From an uncultured bacterium (GTDB lineage Bacteria; Hydrothermota; Tepidihabitantia; Tepidihabitantales; Tepidihabitantaceae): a stretch of DNA of 64,000 nucleotides. The notes under the pieces were generated by a model, which worked only from the letters and a program-made list of their open reading frames with translations, was not told the origin of the DNA and did no database searches. Location of the stretch: the NCBI GenBank assembly GCA_965370805.1, contig CBDUVZ010000002.1, positions 706 to 64,705 of the forward strand, in the 5' to 3' direction. Both the position numbers and the translations under genes were made by a program. Each line of letters opens with the position of its first letter. The first letter of the stretch is position 1. Positions 46,495 through 55,543 of the stretch are shown one piece after another.

Positions 46495-47553
46495 CTGCGC
46501 CTCCTTCGGTGAATCCGGAACAAGCCCGGATTACTCTTCATATTCCTGCATATTCGATTTCGTCCAAGCGGCTTTCTTGTCAATCTTCATAGTGGGGTGG
46601 GGATAGGCACCGGAGAACCGTTGCCGGTCCCTGTCCGCTTCTGGTGGTTCTTCTCCACAGGCCTAACTTCTATCGGAATCGGGCGGGATGTCAAGCGCAG
46701 TACTCGCGGGCCGGGCGTGGGCTTCCGGTAGAACTACCAAGCATCTGAGGAAAGGAGAGCCGCAGAGAATGTACCGTTTCGTTTGTATCGACGACAATCG
46801 TGAGTTGGCCGCGCATCTGACGTGCCTTGGGTTTGGGCAGGTGTCCGGGTGGGTGTCCCGGTGCGTCATGGTCGGTGTTGCGCCGACCGTTGTCTTGCCC
46901 GGTGTGGGCGGCGCGATCCGTGCCCTGGAGCTGACAGTTGAGCGTGCCGCTGCCCGAGTCGCTGTCCTTGCCGTGATTCTTGCCGCAGGTCGGGTCCCAT
47001 CCGTTGCCGGAGCCGTTGGCTTGAGCCGGTATGTTGCCGGTGATGCGTTGGTTACCGTGGCTCGGGTCGGGGCATCGGCGGCCAGGTGGGTCGTCAGGGT
47101 CATGGCTACGGTGGGGGTAACCGGGTAGGTGATAAGGTAAGACACCGGCAGAAGTTAGGCGGAATCGCGTTTCCGGACTGGAGGGCGGGTCCGAGAGACA
47201 CATCAGCAGGTATGATAACTCTCTGAAGTGTAAGTGGTAAGTGGTTCGGACGCGGCGATTGATGGTCCGTCGGTATCGTGAGCGGCCACTGGTGCCGGCA
47301 CGGCGGTGACCGTGAAAACGCCCGGGATTCGATGGGTGGACCGGGTGCCGTTAGTCGGCTTGGCCCAGGCCTTGCGCCGGATCTTCCGGCAGAGTCCGGA
47401 GCCGGAGCGGATGCGGAGCATGGCCGAGGCCGTAGTTGACATCCGGGCAGATTCGGGTAGAAACTATGGTGAGGAATCAAGGAGAACAACCGTGTTGTCG
47501 ACGCGCGGGCGGACGGGAAGCTCTCACGGCAATCCGCAACCAGAGGAGGCGAG

Positions 47554-48423
47554 ATGAAACGTAGCATCGTAGTTCTGTTCCTGCTGGTCCTGGCGACCGG
47601 TCCGGTCCTGGCCGATACCACCTACGTGGAGATCGGCAGTCCCTACATCAAGAACGCAATTCCGTTCTGGGGCGACGTACACGACGCGTGCCGGCTGCAA
47701 CTGCTTTATCTCCAGAGCGAGATAGACCAGGCCGGGACGATTGTCGCTTTCGGTCTGTGCTGCACCGAAGACGCGCCGAGCTGGTTCCGCAAAGTCAGGG
47801 TCAAGCTCTGTCACACTCCGGCGTCGTCCCTGGTTTCCACCTTCCAGGCCAACTACGGCGGCAATACGCCCCAGACCATCCTCAGTGCCGATTCCCTGCT
47901 CGTTGGCACCGGCCAGAACCTGACCTGGTACTATTTCCCTTCGGACTTCGTGTACAACAACACCGACAATCTGCTCCTGGAGATTACCTGGCGCGGCGAC
48001 GAAGGTCGTCGGGTAAGAGTCTGGCGCAATCCCAACGGCGCCGACCGCCGTTGCCATGCGATGAACGATACCGCGGTCAGCGGCACGGTCGATGACGTCG
48101 AGGCATACTACGCCCGGATCGGGTTCACCCCCACCGGCGCGACCGAACCCCGGGAGATCGGACTCATGCCGCTGAGCTTCAACGTAACCCCGACGCACGG
48201 GCGCGCGCCATTCCGGATATCCGGCTCAACCTTGCTCGCGGGCAAGCCGGAACTGACCATCTGGGACCCGACCGGCCGGCTGGTCGAACGGCTGAACCCG
48301 GTTCTGAACCAGGGCCGGCTCGAAGCGCGCTGGAACGCAACCGGTATTCCGGCCGGGGTGTACCTCTGCCGGCTGCAGTCCGGCGCGAGCTGCGCGACCC
48401 GCGTCCTGACCCTGATGCGCTAG
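47554..48423 (+). CDS. Secreted hypothetical protein with T9SS C-terminal sorting domain
   Basis: Signal peptide MKRSIVVLFLLVLATGPVLA. AGAGGAGG RBS. CTD ...GVYLCRLQSGASCATRVLTLMR. Confidence 0.7.
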   Translation: MKRSIVVLFLLVLATGPVLADTTYVEIGSPYIKNAIPFWGDVHDACRLQLLYLQSEIDQAGTIVAFGLCCTEDAPSWFRKVRVKLCHTPASSLVSTFQANYGGNTPQTILSADSLLVGTGQNLTWYYFPSDFVYNNTDNLLLEITWRGDEGRRVRVWRNPNGADRRCHAMNDTAVSGTVDDVEAYYARIGFTPTGATEPREIGLMPLSFNVTPTHGRAPFRISGSTLLAGKPELTIWDPTGRLVERLNPVLNQGRLEARWNATGIPAGVYLCRLQSGASCATRVLTLMR

Positions 48424-48478
48424 CCGGGACAAGAACTCGTAGCTCCAGCGGCGCTGCCGCAGCCCGGGCAGGCAGGTA

Positions 48479-48506
48479 TTGACGGGTTCCGTTTTTCGAC
48501 TAGACT
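48479..48506 (+). promoter_or_regulatory. Sigma70-type promoter TTGACG-16-TAGACT followed by a ~270-nt leader upstream of the ABC importer operon
   Basis: Hexamers read directly. Structured GC-rich leader 48513-48781. Confidence 0.35.
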
Positions 48507-48781
48507 CGGCACAGTGCTGAGAATTCAGTTGCAGTTGCTGACCGGGAGGCGTCGGACGTGAGCCGGTACCTTCCGGGCAGTTTGCCCGTAGTCAGACCCG
48601 ATTTACCACAAAGACACCAAGACACTAGAGGAGTAGATCTCTCCGGACAGACTCTCCCTTTGTGCACTTCGTGCCTTTGTGTTTCGTTTTCTACCCCGGC
48701 GAGGTGCGTGACATGAGCGCCCTATGCCGGGGCGGTCGCCCCTGTTCGATAACCAGCAGCAGACAATCCAAAGGAGACAGT

Positions 48782-49906
48782 ATGAAAAGGGCGGTTCTGG
48801 CCGCGTTGCTCGCGGTCGTACTCGTTTCAGTCGGGCTTGCCCAGCCGGCCAAGGTGCCGGTGCTCAAAGTGGGCCATGTGGGTCATGACCATCAGTGCGC
48901 ACCCTATGTGGCCGCGCTGGCCGGTGAGGATTTCAAGGAGCTGTATGGTATCTGGTTCAAGGAGGTCCGTTACAAAGACCTGTACGAGCTGTACGACGGC
49001 GATGAGTTGATTGCCGAGATTGAGTTCTACAAGGCCGGCGGGGGATCGAAGATGCCGACGATGATGAGCCAGGGCGCGTTTGACGTCGGGCTCGGCGGTG
49101 TGGCCGCGGTGTCGTTCTTCGTGGACAAGGGCGCGCCGATGAGAATGATTGCGCCGCTCCATTCCAAAGGCGACATGCTGGTGGTGAAGCCGGACCTGGA
49201 TCTGGACTCGTGGGAGGAATTCGTCGAGTGGATCAAGTTCCAGGGCTGGACGGTTCCAATCGGGTACAAGAACCCGGTCGCGGTAGCCAAGCTGGTGTTC
49301 CAGCGGGCACTGGACGAGGCAGGCATTACCCATACCGGTGACAAGGCGAATACCGACGCCCAGGTTCTGCTGGTGAATATGAAGGGCGAGAAGAACCTGA
49401 TTCCGGGCTTGATGTCAGGACAGATCCAGGCGTACGTCTCCAACAACCCGTGGTGCGCGCTGGCCGAAGCCAAAGGCGTTGGCCATTGCGTGTGCGAACT
49501 GCACGACCTGCCGCCCGGGGTTTTCCGTAACCATCCGTGTTGCTGTGTCGCGGCAAATACCTCGGCGATGGAGGCGCATCCGGAGGAGATCGGCAAGTTC
49601 CTGGAGTTGATGATTGTCTCGACCCATTTCGTCAATACCGAGCGGGAGAAGGCAATCGAGTACGTGGCCCGGTGGATCGGGACAACGCCCGAGGTCGAGG
49701 CGATTTCGATGGCCACATCCGGGTACTCACTCGAGCCGGACGACGCTTTCTACAACGGCATGTGGGTGTGGTACGAGGAGATGGTCGGGATGGAGAAGAT
49801 TACCGACCAGTTGAAGGACAAGACCCGCGCGGAGTTCGAGAAGATGGTGTACGACTTCTCGCTGCTCGAAACCGCGCTCGAAGCCGCAGCCGAGAGAATC
49901 AAGTAG
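48782..49906 (+). CDS. ABC transporter periplasmic substrate-binding protein (NitT/TauT, NMT1/SsuA-like)
   Basis: Start at MKRAVLAALLAVVLVSVGLA after AAAGGAGA. SsuA/NMT1-like fold sequence. Unusual Cys cluster HCVCELHD...HPCCCVAAN. Confidence 0.8.
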   Translation: MKRAVLAALLAVVLVSVGLAQPAKVPVLKVGHVGHDHQCAPYVAALAGEDFKELYGIWFKEVRYKDLYELYDGDELIAEIEFYKAGGGSKMPTMMSQGAFDVGLGGVAAVSFFVDKGAPMRMIAPLHSKGDMLVVKPDLDLDSWEEFVEWIKFQGWTVPIGYKNPVAVAKLVFQRALDEAGITHTGDKANTDAQVLLVNMKGEKNLIPGLMSGQIQAYVSNNPWCALAEAKGVGHCVCELHDLPPGVFRNHPCCCVAANTSAMEAHPEEIGKFLELMIVSTHFVNTEREKAIEYVARWIGTTPEVEAISMATSGYSLEPDDAFYNGMWVWYEEMVGMEKITDQLKDKTRAEFEKMVYDFSLLETALEAAAERIK

Positions 49907-49909
49907 CTC

Positions 49910-50770
49910 GTGCCTCCGAATCCCGGTCCCAGGCAGGAGTTCGGCAGGAAGCTGGGCCGGATCGGCCTGGCTGTAGTCCTGCCGATTCTCCTGCTTGCGG
50001 TCTGGGAGTTCCTGGCAATCCGGCTTCACAACCCGTGGCTCCTGCCCCGCGTCGGCGCGGTGTTCGACCGGCTGATTCACCCGCTCGACAATGTGCTTGA
50101 AACCGGGTCCCTGTTGTACAACATCGCGGTTTCCGGGGTGCGGGTATTGATGGGTTTCACGCTTGCGACAATCGTCGCGGTGCCGCTCGGGTTGCTGATG
50201 GGCCGCATCAGGGTTGTGCGCCGGGTGGTCGGGCCGTTCGTCGAGATGTTCAGGCCTTTGTGCCCGATAGCGTGGCTGCCGTTCACGATGGCGGTGTTCA
50301 AGACCTACACAGTGGTGAACCTGTTCGGGGTGCGGTATTCGGATACCATCTTCGACACAATCCAGGTCGGGATGCTGTTCATCCTGTTCTACGGCGCGTT
50401 CTTCCCGATACTGCTGAACACTGTGGACGGTGTGCTCGGGGTCAGGGATGCGTACGTCGAGTCGGCGTTGACGCTCGGGGCAAAGCCGGGCCAGGTGTTC
50501 CGCAAGGTGGTGCTGCCCGCGGCCCTGCCTTCGATATTCACCGGCCTGAAAGTCGGGCTGGGCGTGGCGTGGATGGTGATTGTCGCGGCCGAGATGCTGC
50601 CGGGTTCGGATTCGGGTATCGGGTATCTGATCATCTACGCGTACGAACTGGCCGAGATGGACGTGCTGATTACCGGGATGATTCTCATCGGCCTGGTCGG
50701 GGCCCTGCTGTCCTGGGGCATCGGGTTGCTCGGGCGACCTTTCACCGGCTGGCAGGCCCTGGAGCGGTGA
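49910..50770 (+). CDS. ABC transporter permease (NitT/TauT family, BPD inner-membrane component)
   Basis: Six TM segments with an EAA-like loop region. GTG start 4 nt after the SBP stop. Confidence 0.85.
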   Translation: MPPNPGPRQEFGRKLGRIGLAVVLPILLLAVWEFLAIRLHNPWLLPRVGAVFDRLIHPLDNVLETGSLLYNIAVSGVRVLMGFTLATIVAVPLGLLMGRIRVVRRVVGPFVEMFRPLCPIAWLPFTMAVFKTYTVVNLFGVRYSDTIFDTIQVGMLFILFYGAFFPILLNTVDGVLGVRDAYVESALTLGAKPGQVFRKVVLPAALPSIFTGLKVGLGVAWMVIVAAEMLPGSDSGIGYLIIYAYELAEMDVLITGMILIGLVGALLSWGIGLLGRPFTGWQALER

Positions 50771-50784
50771 TAGACGAGGTGCGA

Positions 50785-51696
50785 ATGTCGACTGACAAGA
50801 GGAAAGGGTCCAAGGGTCCAAGGGTTCCAGGGTTCCAGGGTGAGTTGCGAGTGCCGAATGCGGGAATCAGGATTGAGAACCTCGGCAAGGTGTTCCAGGG
50901 CCGGGATGGCGGAAGTGTCGCCGCACTCGACGGCATCGACCTGGCAATCGAGCCGGGGAGCTTCACGTGTCTTGTCGGGCCGACCGGGTGCGGCAAGACT
51001 ACGCTGTTGCGGATTGTAGCCGGGCTGCTCATGCCGAGTTCCGGGATGGTAACGGTCGGCGAAAAGCCGGTGACCGGGCCGCGACAGAATACCGGGATGG
51101 TGTTCCAGCATTACTCGCTCTTCCCCTGGCGGAGCGTGCTCGACAACGTCGCGTTCGGACTGGAGATGCGCGGGACCGGGAAGCGCGAGCGGCATGCCCG
51201 GGCAAAGGAACTGCTGGATACGGTCGGGCTTGCGCGGTTTGCCCGGAGCCGGCCGTACGAGCTTTCGGGCGGGATGCAGCAGCGGGTGGCAATCGCGCGG
51301 TCCCTGGCGACCGACCCGGACCTGCTGTTGATGGACGAGCCGTTCGGGGCCCTGGACGAGCGCACGAGGCACCGGTTGCAGGACGAACTGCTGTCGGTCT
51401 GGGAGCGCACCGGCAAGACGGTCCTGTTCGTTACCCACAACATCGACGAAGCGGTCTACCTCGGGCAGCGGGTGGTAGTGATGGCGGACCGGCCCTCGCG
51501 GATTGCCGACGATTTTCCGGTTGGTATCGCGCGGCCGCGCGACCGGGTCGCACCGGAATTCGTCGAAGCGCTCTTACGGGTCCGGACTGTGCTGGAAGAA
51601 GTAATGAAAGAAAGCAGCAGGCAGACAGAGAAAACCAAAGGAGGAGAAGATGAAGAAAGGCCTGATACTGATGGCCATTCTTGCTGTGGCCGTTAG
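50785..51696 (+). CDS. ABC transporter ATP-binding protein (NitT/TauT family)
   Basis: Walker A GPTGCGKTT, signature LSGGMQQRVAIARSL and Walker B LLLMDEPFGALD. The N-terminal 22 codons translate a repeat element, so the true start may be GTG/TTG near 50845-50851. Confidence 0.85.
   Translation: MSTDKRKGSKGPRVPGFQGELRVPNAGIRIENLGKVFQGRDGGSVAALDGIDLAIEPGSFTCLVGPTGCGKTTLLRIVAGLLMPSSGMVTVGEKPVTGPRQNTGMVFQHYSLFPWRSVLDNVAFGLEMRGTGKRERHARAKELLDTVGLARFARSRPYELSGGMQQRVAIARSLATDPDLLLMDEPFGALDERTRHRLQDELLSVWERTGKTVLFVTHNIDEAVYLGQRVVVMADRPSRIADDFPVGIARPRDRVAPEFVEALLRVRTVLEEVMKESSRQTEKTKGGEDEERPDTDGHSCCGR
50806..50866. repeat. Short tandem repeats (GGGTCCAAG x2, GGGTTCCAG x2) fused to a heptamer REP-like unit, copy H
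   Basis: gggtccaagggtccaagggttccagggttccagggtgagttgcgagtgccgaatgcggg, seen directly. Confidence 0.6.
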
Positions 51697-52480
51697 CAGC
51701 GTATCCGCTTCGCCGCTGATCTGGCGCGGGGCATCCGTACTCAAGCCGATGCAGTTGATGGTCCTGGTGCCGAACGGGTACATGCAGACCGCGAAAGGGT
51801 ACGACTGGGACAACAGCGAGTGGGTGGAGCTCAACGACGCCGCGAAGACCACGAGCATCAAGTCGGTGCCCATGGTTGGACTTGGCTTGTTCAATGGCCT
51901 GGAACTCGGAGTCGTGGCCCCGCTGTACTCGAAGACCCAGGGCGACAACAGTTCGCTCGGCCTGGGCGATGCATTGCTCAAGGCGCGGTACGGGTTGCTG
52001 AAAGGCGAGTTGCTGCCCGTGAAGTTGACCCTGTCCGCAGCCGCGGTACTGCCGACCGCGCCCGAAGATGCCAATCCGGCGCTCGGCGACCGGACTCTGG
52101 ATTTCGGCCTCGGCGCCATTGCCCAGACCCAGAAGCTGGCCGGGTTCATCGGCCACCTGCGGCTCGGATACTGGCTGAACGGCAAGACTCCGGGTGAAGA
52201 AGGACAGAAACTGGGCAACATGTTCGAGTACGTGGCCAAGGTGGACTACAAATTCAACAAGAAGACCGGCGTGTTCCTCTCAATGGGCGGCATTATGCAG
52301 GCGGAAGGCGATGCCAACAAGGAGAAGGCTCGGCATGAGGCATGGGTCGGCGTGGTGTGGAAACCGATTCCGAAGCTGGCTGTCCGGCCCAAAGTCGGCG
52401 TGCCGCTTGAGTTTGCGTGCAAGGGCGGCTCGCTTCAGCCGTTCGATATCGGGCTCGATTTCTGGGTGACGCTGCCCTAG
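51650..52480 (+). CDS. Outer-membrane beta-barrel protein (MetA-pathway/transporter-like OMP family), signal peptide
   Basis: Signal peptide MKKGLILMAILAVAVSSVSA. Alternating amphipathic strands. C-terminal ...DFWVTLP. Confidence 0.55.
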   Translation: MKKGLILMAILAVAVSSVSASPLIWRGASVLKPMQLMVLVPNGYMQTAKGYDWDNSEWVELNDAAKTTSIKSVPMVGLGLFNGLELGVVAPLYSKTQGDNSSLGLGDALLKARYGLLKGELLPVKLTLSAAAVLPTAPEDANPALGDRTLDFGLGAIAQTQKLAGFIGHLRLGYWLNGKTPGEEGQKLGNMFEYVAKVDYKFNKKTGVFLSMGGIMQAEGDANKEKARHEAWVGVVWKPIPKLAVRPKVGVPLEFACKGGSLQPFDIGLDFWVTLP

Positions 52481-52497
52481 GAAAACGAGGTAGTCAT

Positions 52498-52770
52498 ATG
52501 GCTGATGCGTTTCAGGAGAACCTCGACCGGGTCAAGGCGGTTGCTGAGGACCACGGACATATTCTGAATCCGAATGAGATGCATCTGAATAAGATGCTCG
52601 AACGGATGGTCAAGAACTTCGAGCAGTTCGGGAAGTATTACTGCCCGTGCAAGCAGCATCATCCCTTAGACCCGGAACAGGATCCGTTTTGTCCGTGCCC
52701 GGAGATGGACGAAGAAGTGGTCGAAGACGGGCACTGCGAATGCTGGGTGTTTTTCAGAAAGGAGAAATAG
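52498..52770 (+). CDS. Ferredoxin:thioredoxin-reductase catalytic-subunit-like protein (FtrB-like, CPC...CPC...CHC)
   Basis: YYCPCKQHH...FCPCPE...GHCECWVF matches the FTR catalytic-chain Cys motif. Confidence 0.65.
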   Translation: MADAFQENLDRVKAVAEDHGHILNPNEMHLNKMLERMVKNFEQFGKYYCPCKQHHPLDPEQDPFCPCPEMDEEVVEDGHCECWVFFRKEK

Positions 52771-53174
52771 TGCAGATTCCGGAACAGGTGAAAGAGATGT
52801 TCGGCAATGGTCTCATGGTCTACCTTGCCACAGTTGATGAGAAATGCACGCCCAATGTTGTGCCGATGCTGCAGTACTGGTGGCTCAACGAAGACACCAT
52901 GGTGATCGGCGACCTGTTCATGAAGGCGACCAAGGCCAACATCAAGATCAACGGCAAGGCCTGTATCTCCGGCTGTGGGAAAGGCGGTGAAGCATACAAA
53001 CTGAAAGGGACCGCGACTTATGAGACCTCGGGGCCGGCTTACGACCTGGCCAACGGCAACCTGCACAAGAAGAAGCCGGACAAGAACTTCAAGGGCGCGG
53101 TTGTCATTAGATTCACCGAAGTCTATGATGCCTCGCGGGGACCCGAAGCCGGGGAACTGATAGCGAAGGCCTGA
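52770..53174 (+). CDS. Pyridoxamine-5'-phosphate-oxidase-like FMN-binding split-barrel protein
   Basis: GTG start overlapping the FtrB-like stop (TAGTG) after AAAGGAGA. VYLATVDEKCTPNVVPM... is PNPOx-like. Confidence 0.6.
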   Translation: MQIPEQVKEMFGNGLMVYLATVDEKCTPNVVPMLQYWWLNEDTMVIGDLFMKATKANIKINGKACISGCGKGGEAYKLKGTATYETSGPAYDLANGNLHKKKPDKNFKGAVVIRFTEVYDASRGPEAGELIAKA

Positions 53175-53223
53175 TTCTCCCTGAGGAATCGGCACCCGGG
53201 TTCGATTTCTTCCAGACCGCAGG

Positions 53224-53252
53224 TTGACAGGCCATGGTCTGCTTCGTATGCT
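53224..53252 (+). promoter_or_regulatory. Sigma70-type promoter TTGACA-17-TATGCT upstream of the FG-GAP gene
   Basis: Read directly. Confidence 0.45.
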
Positions 53253-53386
53253 GGCTGGCGGCTCAGGAGGTGCGACCGCTGAAGTAACGGTCGTTCCGAC
53301 TAGGCGTGCGTCCCGTATTCAACAGGATAGCGGTTGGAGCTGCGAGTAGAATCGGCAGAATAGCGTCAGCATAACGAGGAGACAGG

Positions 53387-55078
53387 ATGTTCAAGACCAT
53401 GATTGCGATTCTGGGTGTGGTGCTGGTTGGCACGCTCACTCAACCGGCCAGGGCGAGTGATATCGAGCCGGGCGCTGCGACCGATTCGGCCCCGCCGTAT
53501 CAGCAGGGGTTCCCGGTGTACACCGGCGGCAATTGCAGTGAGACATCGGCCCAGGTTGCCGACATCGACGGTGACGGTGATATGGAAGTGCTGATCGGCG
53601 GCGGGCAAAGCCTGAGGGTGTTTCACCATGATGGCACAGTGGTAGCCGGATTCCCGGTTTCGGTCGGCGGGCACGCCACCCAGACCGCGGCGATTGCCGA
53701 CATTGACGAGGATGACGAGGTGGAAATCGTCATCGCCGGTCAGCGTTCCCAGTTGTACGTATACAAAGGCGATGGCACGCTCAAGTCTGGCTGGCCCCAG
53801 TCCTTGGGCGACGACGACGGTGCCGCCTGTTCGCCGGCCCTGGCTGACTTGGACGGTGACGGTGACCTCGAAATCGCTATTGGTACGTTCCGGGACCTGA
53901 ACGGCAACAACGGGTACATCCCGGCCCGGTTCTACGTTTTCCATCACGACGGAACTATCTACGAAGGCTGGCCGGTTGATTCGGTCGACCATTTCTCCGT
54001 ATCTTCGACCCCCGCGATTGGAGACCTAGACGGTGACGGGGACCTGGAAATCGTTGTCGGGGGCAGGGATTCTCACAACTTGTGGGCGTTCAACGCGGAC
54101 GCGACGATTGTACCGGGCTGGCCGGTGCATGTGTCCGGGCTGGTGGAATCATCGCCGACCCTGGCTGACATTGACGGGGACGACGACCTGGAGGTATTCC
54201 TCGCCACGGCGGCGGAGCGAGTGTACGCATTCCATCATGACGGCACGCCGGTTGAAGGCTGGCCCCAGTCGATGGGGTACGGGAATCAGCGTTCGTCGCC
54301 GGCCCTGGGTGACATCGACGGGGACGGTGACATCGAGATAGTATGCGGGTCTGCGGGACGCAAGATGCACGCCTGGCATCATGACGGCACGCAGGTTGAG
54401 GGCTGGCCCCAGGAAACCGGGTCGTTCACGCAGGGCACGCCGGCGCTTGGGGACGTTGACGGTGACGGGGACATTGAGATTGTCGGGGGTGCGTATTCCG
54501 GGGTCTACGTCTGGCACCACACCGGCGCGCTGTTTCCCGGATACCCGCTCCCCACCGGTTGGTCAAGGTCCTCGCCGTGCCTGGCCGACCTGGACCTGGA
54601 CGGGGACGTGGAAATACTCATTGGTTCTTTGGATGATTCGCTCTTTGTCTGGGACCTGCCCGGAGCCTATGATACAAGCAACGTCGAATGGGGCGCGTTC
54701 CGGCATAACCTGTGGAACACGGGGTTCAACAGTCGGACCTACGTTGGGGTCGCGGAGGAGAGGGTTCCAGAGTTCGAGGGGTCCAGGGGTCCAGGAGGCG
54801 GAGCGGGACTGGTGCAGAACCACCCCAATCCTTTCGCCCGGTCGACCGAAGTCAGCTATCAGTTGAAGGTCAGGTCGAACGTGAGCCTGAAGGTGTATGA
54901 TGTCGGCGGGAACCTGGTCAGAACCCTGGTGGATAGGATGCAGGAACCCGGTCAGCATAGCGTTATCTGGGATGGCAGGAGTTCGTCAGGCGCAGATATG
55001 GGGGCCGGCACGTACTTCTGCCGGCTGGCAGCCAATGGCCGTGCCGATACCGGCATCCCGCACTTGGTGAAGCGATAG
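53387..55078 (+). CDS. FG-GAP/VCBS (integrin-alpha-like) repeat beta-propeller protein with T9SS C-terminal sorting domain
   Basis: Signal peptide. Eight repeats of ADIDGDGD.EIV..G....V.HHDGT...GWP. CTD LVQNHPNPF...GTYFCRL... Confidence 0.8.
   Translation: MFKTMIAILGVVLVGTLTQPARASDIEPGAATDSAPPYQQGFPVYTGGNCSETSAQVADIDGDGDMEVLIGGGQSLRVFHHDGTVVAGFPVSVGGHATQTAAIADIDEDDEVEIVIAGQRSQLYVYKGDGTLKSGWPQSLGDDDGAACSPALADLDGDGDLEIAIGTFRDLNGNNGYIPARFYVFHHDGTIYEGWPVDSVDHFSVSSTPAIGDLDGDGDLEIVVGGRDSHNLWAFNADATIVPGWPVHVSGLVESSPTLADIDGDDDLEVFLATAAERVYAFHHDGTPVEGWPQSMGYGNQRSSPALGDIDGDGDIEIVCGSAGRKMHAWHHDGTQVEGWPQETGSFTQGTPALGDVDGDGDIEIVGGAYSGVYVWHHTGALFPGYPLPTGWSRSSPCLADLDLDGDVEILIGSLDDSLFVWDLPGAYDTSNVEWGAFRHNLWNTGFNSRTYVGVAEERVPEFEGSRGPGGGAGLVQNHPNPFARSTEVSYQLKVRSNVSLKVYDVGGNLVRTLVDRMQEPGQHSVIWDGRSSSGADMGAGTYFCRLAANGRADTGIPHLVKR
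54762..54800. repeat. GGGTCCAGG/GGGTTCCAG plus heptamer repeat element, copy I, in frame immediately upstream of the CTD
   Basis: gagggttccagagttcgaggggtccaggggtccaggaggcgg encodes RVPEFEGSRGPGG before LVQNHPNPF. Confidence 0.55.
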
Positions 55079-55123
55079 CCCGGCGGCTTGACTTGGCGGC
55101 CGGTCAGGTCTAAGCTAGGCACA

Positions 55124-55543
55124 GTGACCTCAGGGACCGGCCGGATTATTGACGTCAACCTGAACCGGTTGACCGAAGGCCTGAGGGTTGTCGAAGACGT
55201 TGTCCGGCTCGGACTTGAGCGCAAAGGGCTGTTGCGCAGCATCCGGGCGCTACGGACCCGGGTCGGGAAAGAAACCCGGGCATTACGCAAGCGGGTTGTA
55301 CTGAGCCGGGACAGCGAGACCGACCCCGGCCGGGGCGACCGGTTCGACCGCACCGGACGCAAGAGCCTTGACGATGTGCTGCTGGCCAACTTCAAACGGG
55401 CCCAAGAAGCGGCGCGGGTACTGGAGGAAGTGTTGAAGATTGAGGAGCCGCGTCTGAGCGTGAAGTTCAAGGCGGTTCGGTTCCGGCTTTATGATCTGGA
55501 GAAACAGGCGGTAGAGGCATCGAATCGAAGGGAGCAATCGTGA
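55124..55543 (+). CDS. Hypothetical conserved protein (~140 aa), translationally coupled to the downstream T9SS gene
   Basis: Genome-typical codon usage. RIIDVNLNRLTEGLRVVEDVVRL motif of unknown family. Stop overlaps the next start (GTGA). Start uncertain: the ORF track begins at TTG 55088. Confidence 0.4.
   Translation: MTSGTGRIIDVNLNRLTEGLRVVEDVVRLGLERKGLLRSIRALRTRVGKETRALRKRVVLSRDSETDPGRGDRFDRTGRKSLDDVLLANFKRAQEAARVLEEVLKIEEPRLSVKFKAVRFRLYDLEKQAVEASNRREQS

Noticed and set aside
46769-47128. ~119-aa ORF with strong Shine-Dalgarno
   Set aside because: T-ending codon bias is unlike every confident gene in the window. Low-complexity Val/Ala/Gly composition. Kept only as part of the unexplained-region finding.
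47150-47553. tmRNA / RNase P RNA / SRP RNA / tRNA in the non-coding region
   Set aside because: I could not find the conserved cores (tmRNA tag-ALAA region and T-arm, RNase P P4 AGGAAAGUCCGGGCUCC, SRP GGAAGCAGC) or a tRNA cloverleaf by eye. Left as unexplained rather than called.
48513-48781. TPP riboswitch call
   Set aside because: Only the CUGAGA element resembles the THI-box. The pyrimidine-sensor and P4/P5 consensus segments are not clearly present.
49727-50821. 364-aa minus ORF
   Set aside because: Antisense of the ABC permease gene.
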